Below are positions 12,561-64,000 of a DNA stretch of 64,000 nt, one piece after another (positions within the stretch are counted from its first letter, which is position 1; every line of letters starts with the position of its first letter). The stretch covers positions 5,125,264 to 5,189,263 of the forward strand of contig CAVNZM010000006.1 of the NCBI GenBank assembly GCA_963693365.1, written 5' to 3'. The notes under the pieces are model-generated. The model was not told the DNA's origin, did not search any database, and saw only the letters and a list, made by a program, of their open reading frames with translations. Origin of the DNA: Amoebidium appalachense (Eukaryota; Protista; Ichthyosporea). Made by a program: the position numbers and the translations under genes.

Positions 12561-12925
12561 CCACCCTCCCTCCCCCGTTCTTTCATACCCATACCCATTG
12601 TTTCATGTCCATGGTTAGCTCTGCCTCTCGGGTTGGTCGTTTAGTTTCCACCACTCCCTTTCTTCTTCTGCTTACAACAACCTTCTTACGCTTCCCTATC
12701 TAAGCACAAGTGCACCTTCTCTCTCCCACGTCCACGTCCCCCCTCCGTGTCTTTCTATCCACATCTCTCGCTTCTCTCTACCCTCCCCCACCCCTCTCTC
12801 TCCGTCCCACACACACACCCACACACAATCTCTCCCTCTCTCTCTCTTTCTCCCCCCCTCTCTTTCTGTTCGTATCTCTCTCAGTCTCTCTTCCCCCTCC
12901 TCTCCTGTCATGATGGCACCCCACC

Positions 12926-13243
12926 CAGGGGTGTGGCAGAACCTCATTGACTTGACTTGACTTATCTTTATAATTGTTTGCTGGGTTTGATGACTTGACT
13001 TGACTTTAAAGTCGCGACTTGGAGGAGTACTATTTTTAGTAACTCCTCCGGCCAGCCATGGCCATGGGCGCGCATTGCGCCCCCCCATTCAACCAACTCT
13101 CATATGCTTCCCCGCCCCAAGCCCCCCTCCCCCCTCAAGTCACTATTATGCCTGGCCTCATGCCAAGGCTTGACTTGACTTAATGGAAGTCAGGTGCTTG
13201 GTGACTGCAAGTCGCGACTTGAAGTCAAGTCGCCACACCCCTG
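12926..13243. mobile_element. hAT-type MITE, 318 bp
   Basis: Perfect 12-bp TIR CAGGGGTGTGGC / GCCACACCCCTG. The 8-bp flanks ACCCCACC (12918-12925) and CCCCCACC (13244-13251) match at 7/8. Subterminal (GACTT)n arrays and AAGTCGCGACTT palindromes occur at both ends. Confidence 0.8.
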
Positions 13244-13580
13244 CCCCCACCCCCGCTGGGCCCTCGGCCTCCACCCCCCCCCCCCCCCCCCCCCCCCCCC
13301 CTTCCCCCCCCCCTCCTTTCCCTCTCCCCCCTCCCCCCCTTCCCACCCATCCACCCACCACAACCAACACCACCCCCACATACCCATCCACACACGCAAA
13401 CCACTACTCAAAGCACATGTACAGATCTATATAGACCGAAAACCATGCAGGAGCACATACTTGAACAAACATACATAAAGACGACTTATAGACGAGTTGC
13501 AAGTCAGGCACGCAGATGCACACAAAAACACACACACAAACACAAACACAAACGCACACACACCACACACGCACATACAC

Positions 13581-13631
<51 letters not shown>

Positions 13632-14006
13632 CACACACACACACACACATGTACTCACGAACATACATACGCACCACACACAGACTCAACTTTTCAGACT
13701 CAGAAATACATAAATGCACACACACCATCGCGCGCACGCAAAACATGGTTGCCGGTGTTTTTCTAGAATGATTCGGTTGCACAAGTTGCATGGAGCAACA
13801 AAAACGGAGTCGACGATGTGTGGGTGTACTAGGAGGAGAGGAGTTCAAGACAACAGTTAACGAGAAGTGGGGAGTTGGCATACCAAAATTGCGTGCATAA
13901 AATAGAGGCACGCACATGGTGCACGTAGCGCAGATCTGCCAGGGGGGAGGAGGGGGTGTGTTGGGGGGAGGGAGAGAGAGGGGGGGGAGGGAAGAGAGAG
14001 AGAGGC

Positions 14007-14444
<438 letters not shown>

Positions 14445-15560
14445 CGCGCGTACAGACAAACCGTGCACGCAAGCACGCACGCATGCGCACGCACGCACGC
14501 ACACACACGCACGTGCACAAACGCGCACACACAAACACACACATGCACGCACACACACGCGCGCGCGCGCATACACGCGTGCGCGTACCGTAACACACAC
14601 ACACACACACGTCATGATAACACACACACAACAGTTTGGTCCATTGCCATGCATATACATCACTCGACTTCTCACGCGACTCACTGGTGAGTTTTACTTG
14701 CCAAATTTGGCTACCATAAAAACGACGCAGATCTCCGACTCCGAGTCCGAGCCTCCGCAGCCGGGTTCAAGTGGCTCGACCCGCCAGGTGGCGAATTTAA
14801 AAGCGCAAGTGAGCCGGACATGTATTATCGACTTTTTTTCTTAGAGGCAGCCATTATATAGTAGAAATACGTGCACACAGGAAATCTTTTGCATTAATAT
14901 ACGCGAATTTTATTGGGCCTAAAGCCTGTCACAGGATTGTAAGTACATGCAACTGGCGAGATTCGGGCCTTTACCGGTTCGAGCCGAGATTTTATCGTGA
15001 GCCGATGGTTGCTATCGCTCAGGAATGCGAAATGAAATACCTCAGATGTGATGAAACAACGAACACGCAACACGCGTAGAGATCTTGACACGCGCACACA
15101 CACACACAGACACTGAGGCACATACACACACGTAAACCCGGCCTAAACCAGATGTAGAGGTGAAGCACACATTTGATCTGGCACTGAACGAAAGGGAACT
15201 AGTACAGTGTTCGAAAGCCTACACCATAGTTGCTTATTTGTCTTCCCGTGTTCGGGCATGTAACGCACATAATTTTGAGCTCTGAAAACAACAACCAGTG
15301 GTGATGTGCCCAGGAGAGGGCTGTAGAACCCACCACTTTTTCGTTTTGTACCTGACTTGGTTATGTCCTTCACGTCTTTCGCTTTAGTACAATTTGAAAC
15401 GCATGCCACTCTTTTAACACGTTATTTCTACGTGAGAATATCCTCGTTCCTCGGATACCAATCATTTACTTTTTTGGAGCCTTTACTTGGGAGATTCTAC
15501 TGTCAAACGAACAACCAAGATCACTAGTTTAACCGTGCGCGTGGCACGCAAACATTCAAC

Positions 15561-26037
<10,477 letters not shown>

Positions 26038-27101
26038 CGGGTGATGTGTTCGTATGTGTGTGTGTGGTGGAGTTAAGGTATAGAATAGGAAGCATGTTAA
26101 TGTGTTGATGTATGCTAGTTGATGCTCTTGAGATGTGTAGGGGAGTGGGTGGGGAGGGGGGGATCGTTTGTTTTATAGGGTGCTTTTTTTTTGGGGGGGG
26201 GGGGGGGGGGGGGGGTTAGTAGTGTGTGGGTGTGTGTGTGGGGGGGGGGGGGGGGGGGAAGGGGGGGGTACCTACATGTTCCTTCATAGATGCAAGAGTA
26301 ATAGGATATAATGTGGTTTGTGCTCCAAATCGTTCCAATGGCTTTGTAGGGCCTGGTTGCCTCAGTGAGGTACATAGATGGAACGGTGTTGTATGATTCT
26401 TTGTATGAGCGCAAACTCGAAGTATAACTTAGAGTCCGTTATGTGTGGAGTGGGTGTCAATGTCGTTGAAATATCGAATCTGGTCACACCGAATACGTCG
26501 TCTTTAAAAACATGAATCTGCTTTCTAGAAAACGCATCGCACGGTTCTTACGCTTTAGCCTAGGATACTTTTTAAGTTGTTTTTGTAGGCAATATGTAAT
26601 GAAACTCAAGCAAGCAAGGTCTGCCATGATGCATATACATGTACATGCAACCCCTGTTCAGTGTTGCAAATGTCGCACCACCACCACCCCCGTACAAAGA
26701 GTTTTGTGTGTATGTGTATGTGTGTGTGTGTGTTTGTGGGTGGTGGTGGTGGTGGTGGTGGTGGTCACCGTGGTGGTGGTGGTGGTGTGTTTGAGTGAGC
26801 GTGTGCGTGTGTGTGTCCGCGGCCGAGGGGGGGGAGGGGGGCTGCTTCGCAGATTTGACCTTGAATTACGAGGCATATATCCCTGACAATATGCAGTAAA
26901 AGTAAGCCATCTCGGGCCACAGGCACCATTATGGCCCCATATTAATTAGGTGGGTACGGGTGGTGGAGGTGGTGGTGCACGTGGGGGGGGGGGGGGGGGG
27001 GGGGGGAGGGGGGGGGGGGGGGATAACTGAAAGCTCTTGGAGTGTAGTTGGTAGGACACAGACTCCGAGTGCACACACACACACAGTGTCACAGTGACAC
27101 A

Positions 27102-27164
<63 letters not shown>

Positions 27165-27770
27165 AGGAAAAAAAAAGAATCACACTAGCTGCATTGAACA
27201 GCTCAACAGCCTGAGGCCTCTACCTATCCTTTTGCCGCTGAGGGCCCACTAAGGTTAACGTTATAGGGCATAGCAGTGCGTGGTGGCTGTTTTCTTGTTT
27301 TTTTTTTTTGCAAATTATCGATATGAAGTTCACGAGGTTGACCTTGTTGCACTTGGTAAACATTGACATGTAGCAATACTGAATATTGAAAGTTGCAAAA
27401 AAAATAAAAAAAATGGCCGCTCGATCAATGACATGAGCCTGACCCACAATCAAATTCAAAAAGTGTTTTTATACACTTTCGGACCATCTGCACGTCTGTC
27501 ACTTCGCGATCACACCCACCCTGTGTTGCATTATGGGCTATGCAGTCGCTGGGGTACCAAAGCAATTCACACTACACAATACCGGATCGAATCGTCCCAA
27601 AATACACAAACCCGACTCGGCCCACTGGACCGAATCCACTAGAAGCTACTGCTACCGAGGGAGCCCCCCCCCCCCCCCGATGCCCGTGTGCAGATATCTA
27701 TGTTATGTGCGTCTGCGCGCGCAGGGGTGTGTGTGGTGTGCGCGTGCGCACATGTGTGTGTGTGTGTGAC

Positions 27771-27816
<46 letters not shown>

Positions 27817-28566
27817 GAAATAAGCTTGAAAGCTGCGACGGGGAAAGAAAATATGTGCGGGCGGGAGGGTGGGCGATGAGAGAGGAGGCGACGGGGAATA
27901 TGCTAATAGACGACCTCGCGCCCATCTAGCCTCCTCTTTCCTTAGCTTCTTGCCGGGCCGTGATGTCCGTCGTCATACACAGGTTCACACACGCATTGAA
28001 CACGTGCACACCTACATACATATGATCTATATACGTGGATTTACATTTCCAAATCAACAAAGAAGAGAAAGTTTACTAATATTTCCGCATCCCATTTCCA
28101 AACCATCAATTTGATAAGATTCAATACGGTATTAAAGTTTAATAATATTCAATACGGTATTATGCCACTGCGACATTCAAGCATCATCATTAGTAGACGT
28201 ATGTATACTCAGGATTTCCGTCTATTAAGTATACATGTTTGGGTGCCAAAGAAGTAGGCACAGGTGTTACTTGGGTACATATTGATATGAACACACACTA
28301 GGAAACCCAACACATGTAGAGCACCAAATCTTTCCATTCACTATCCTAGTATTCCATGTCGCTATCGCTCCCCGTCAAGTCGGGAGGCATATTTTAAAGC
28401 ACAGACAAAACTGCTCGTTCTCAAAACTCGTATCACAAACTTCTTACCGTGATATAGCCGTCGCATTTCATACATCCCTGTCTAAGACTTGGGCGGTTAC
28501 CAGCCCTTCATTCCTAACACCACCTACTGGCGTCATTCCCGCCCCTGTCCCAAAGAAACCTTTGTG

Positions 28567-28603
<37 letters not shown>

Positions 28604-28641
28604 CCCCCCCCCTCTCCCTGAGTCCCCCCTGCCCTCCGTTT

Positions 28642-36598
<7,957 letters not shown>

Positions 36599-37194
36599 TC
36601 TTCAACACAAACGACTGTCTAAAACAGTGAAACATGGTAAGTGGATTGTGAAACAAAATTAATTTTCAGTTCTTTCGTGGACACCAGTCTCAAGATTTGT
36701 GGGAACATAGTAGGGTGTCCAAATAATGCACGTGTACGAGATTGTGAACCCCTGTGCACCTTCGACTCTCTGCCTCCGCCTCCCTCTCTGCCACTCTACT
36801 CCCCATGTTCCACCTGTTCTTCTTCTCCCCTGCTCCCTTTCCCTCTTCTATCTCTCTTTCACACTCACACACACATTCTCTCTCTGTGTGTGTATGCGTG
36901 TGCCGCTGCATTATGTCTCTTCGTAGTCACCTATCAATTGTGTGTATGACAGTGTATGCGTGTCATCCATGGGGAAAAAATGTGTGCACGTGCTCGTTGC
37001 CTGTAGCGTGGACAGATGTGTATGCAATCCCATGATGTGCATGTGATTTTATGTGTGCGCCTGATATCTTGCTTGTGCTGCTTGTGGGTGTATATGTATG
37101 TACATGCGTGTGTGGGTGTCCTGTACGTATTAAAGGTATGCCTGTGTGTATTCGTGTGTGCCTGTGTGCGTGGGTGTGCGCGCACGAGCATGTG

Positions 37195-37253
<59 letters not shown>

Positions 37254-38535
37254 TGTGTGGTTGTGTGTGTGTGTGTATGCAAGCGTGCCTGTGTGCGTGT
37301 ATGCGTTTTAATTTTGTGTGCGTGCGTGCAAGTGTGCGTGCGTGCGAGTGTACATGTGCGTGTGTGCGCATGTGTTAAAAAGTCCTTCAGCACGAGACAG
37401 TTACACCGATTCTCATCCCACGTACCTGAATTGAAACTCCTGGAATCTTCGGTATCATAAAAGTAAGTTGTAAAAAGTTTGAGGCATCTATTTTAGAGCC
37501 ACACCATTACGTTCGAACCCCTTACGATTTTTCAAGTGTCGAGTGAGGTAGAAAATGGAACGTGTTGGGCTCAGTTAAGCTCTCCGGCGTAACAAGATGC
37601 TATTCTCTTCCATTGAGTAACCACGCGCTTGCTCCCAAAAAAAGGTCCTCTATGCTATACGCAAAATAGTCGCCTTTCCCTTTTTGTCCTTTTTCAGTAG
37701 AGAAACTTTTAATAAGTATACCAACTCAAAACAGATTCCTCCCAGCTTGTGGCCGTTGTGGCGGAGGACTCCTTGGCGGGAAAGCATCGTTTGCGCAAAC
37801 ATGGCTCACAACTGCTTACGTATGTGACGAAGTGAGGTCTAATACTAGATATCAATTCGTGGTGAACATAGCCATGCAAAGTACAGGGAATTTTGAAAGT
37901 ATAATACACACTAAGGTTGGTTGGTTACATAATAACCTCAGTATAGAGCAACAGGAGCATTATGATGGAGAATTAGTTGAGTATAATAGTATTATTAGTC
38001 TGAGTTGCACTGCCTGAGAAGGGAAGGGAGGGGGCCCCAGGGGGTAAAGAAGTTAGCGCCCCGGCCAACACGCGGCAAAACGCCCAAAAGGAGGAGCTTG
38101 TTTTACTCAACAGTAAAAGACAAATCGAACATCCATATGAATGCTTAGTAGTGGGAAAGCGGTAAAAGCGGTAGACGCTAAAACCAACTGCCTCTGAATC
38201 CCGTTGATTATTTATACTTCAAAAATCGCCTAGTGTGACACGAGTACATCTGTGGGTCAGTCGCGCCTACAAGCACTGGCCTGCCCAGATAAGAAAATAA
38301 AAATCATAAATCTACATTTTGAAAAAATGCATAGCTATAGGCTTAGCATCACTTAGTCGTTTCCCATGGTCTCTGCCCGATGACCCTATGCTTGTTCTAG
38401 AGCAGTTGTCCTAATCCTACCCCCCCCCCCCCCACACACACACAAACACACACACCACCCTCACCGAGAGGACCATTAGCACAGGAAACGAACAATAAAG
38501 CATGAGAGCACAACGTTGAATATTAAATGCCAACC

Positions 38536-38578
<43 letters not shown>

Positions 38579-38635
38579 ACCCACCCACCCACCCACCCAC
38601 CCACCCACCCACACCCACACCCACAAATTTTCCCA

Positions 38636-58740
<20,105 letters not shown>

Positions 58741-59539
58741 ACTTCCTGCAGATGGGAAGACGTTTTACTCAGTTGGTAGAGTATTGGGGCGTAAACAAAA
58801 AGCTCTACAAATATTAGCTTTCGCTGCCTGGAACACAAGCAAAATAAAAAAAGAAAAAAAGAGCACGCCAGAACTCGGCCTAGCATCAAAAAATACCTTC
58901 TCCGTATAAACCTCTTTCTTCTATTTCCTCCCCTCAGTTCAGTTGTCTTTGTTGTGTTTATGATGATTATGTTAATGATTATCTTGTCTCTTCGCAAAAC
59001 TTTCACAGGTCGAGGCATATGGATGACAGATGCTGCTTCTAACGGTCGCGAGTCTCTGGAGCGGTTTTTGATTTGAATTTTGACAGCCAATCAACGCTCG
59101 GTTTTTTGCCGCCAAAACAATTCGGGTCGATTAGCTTTTCGAATCACACTCTGATTCGTTTCCGGCTCAGAATTTCGGGTCTTTTGAACCAATCAAACGG
59201 GAAAATAGATTAGCTTTTTTACGCATTTACGCAAACCAATCTATTCGGCATTCCTATCTGGCTTGCGACTGTTTCACGCAGTGCACTCATTAGCCCCTAA
59301 TATCTGGGCATGCCAGTTGTTCGTTCACCTTCGCTCCATAGTTCTTTTTACTAAGTAGCCTACGCCGAACACAATACATTTTACAAACGCGTCATATGCA
59401 TTATGAAAGCATTTTCGGGGCTGCTGCTCACGTTTAAGGGCAGGAGAAGCTGACAGGAGAACTGTATGTAGGATAGTATTGCTCTTTCTAGGGTTTCCAA
59501 CAGTTCCACCGGCTTGGACCTTAGATTAGAACAAGCACC
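58741..59539. promoter_or_regulatory. Bidirectional promoter between NCAPD2 and the SAC3/GANP gene
   Basis: 799-bp repeat-free head-to-head spacer. CCAAT at 59087, 59189, 59236; TTTGAA at 59072 and 59183; E2F-like GCCGCCAAAA at 59108-59117 and CGGGAAAA at 59198-59205. Confidence 0.7.
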
Positions 59540-63987
<4,448 letters not shown>

Positions 63988-64000
63988 GTAGGTTTCCCAA

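Noticed and set aside
11986-12618. 210-aa plus-strand ORF
   Set aside because: Half is poly-C-derived proline and the rest has no recognisable domain or convincing coding character.
14690-15145. Possible Pol III B-box (GGTTCAAGT) and a lone TIR-like end (GTAAACCCGGCCTAA)
   Set aside because: No A-box or cloverleaf and no partner TIR found.
27220-27660. Short ORFs or a possible exon between CPD and the zinc-finger gene
   Set aside because: No consistent splice chain or recognisable protein similarity.

Overview
Eukaryotic genomic DNA (taxon not determinable from the sequence) with intron-rich genes. The introns are packed with (CA/TG)n, (GA/TC)n and poly-G/poly-C tracts, so almost all ORFs in the supplied track are artefacts. 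Manual splicing with GT-AG boundaries and phase checks gives five genes: AP-4 beta adaptin (minus, 3'-partial), a two-domain membrane carboxypeptidase D-like protein (plus, 8 exons, 953 aa), an unusual KOW + FAR1/WRKY-like zinc finger + AT-hook-like protein (minus, 8 exons, 486 aa), condensin I subunit CAP-D2/Cnd1 (minus, 33 exons, 1373 aa), and a divergently transcribed FG-repeat SAC3/GANP protein (plus, 3'-partial). Mobile DNA comprises a 2.9-kb PIF/Harbinger element with intact TIRs and TAA duplication but an apparently catalytically incomplete transposase, a hAT MITE, a probable Kolobok-like MITE and a 33-bp palindrome with a 9-bp duplication. The most unusual signals concern splicing and introns: (CA)n tracts running straight into the 3' AG, diverged 'echo' copies of exon ends that could act as frame-compatible mutually exclusive exons, and a dispersed, always sense-oriented intronic element whose longest copy is highly structured and has terminal direct repeats. 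All gene models are by eye; no database search or RNA data were available.
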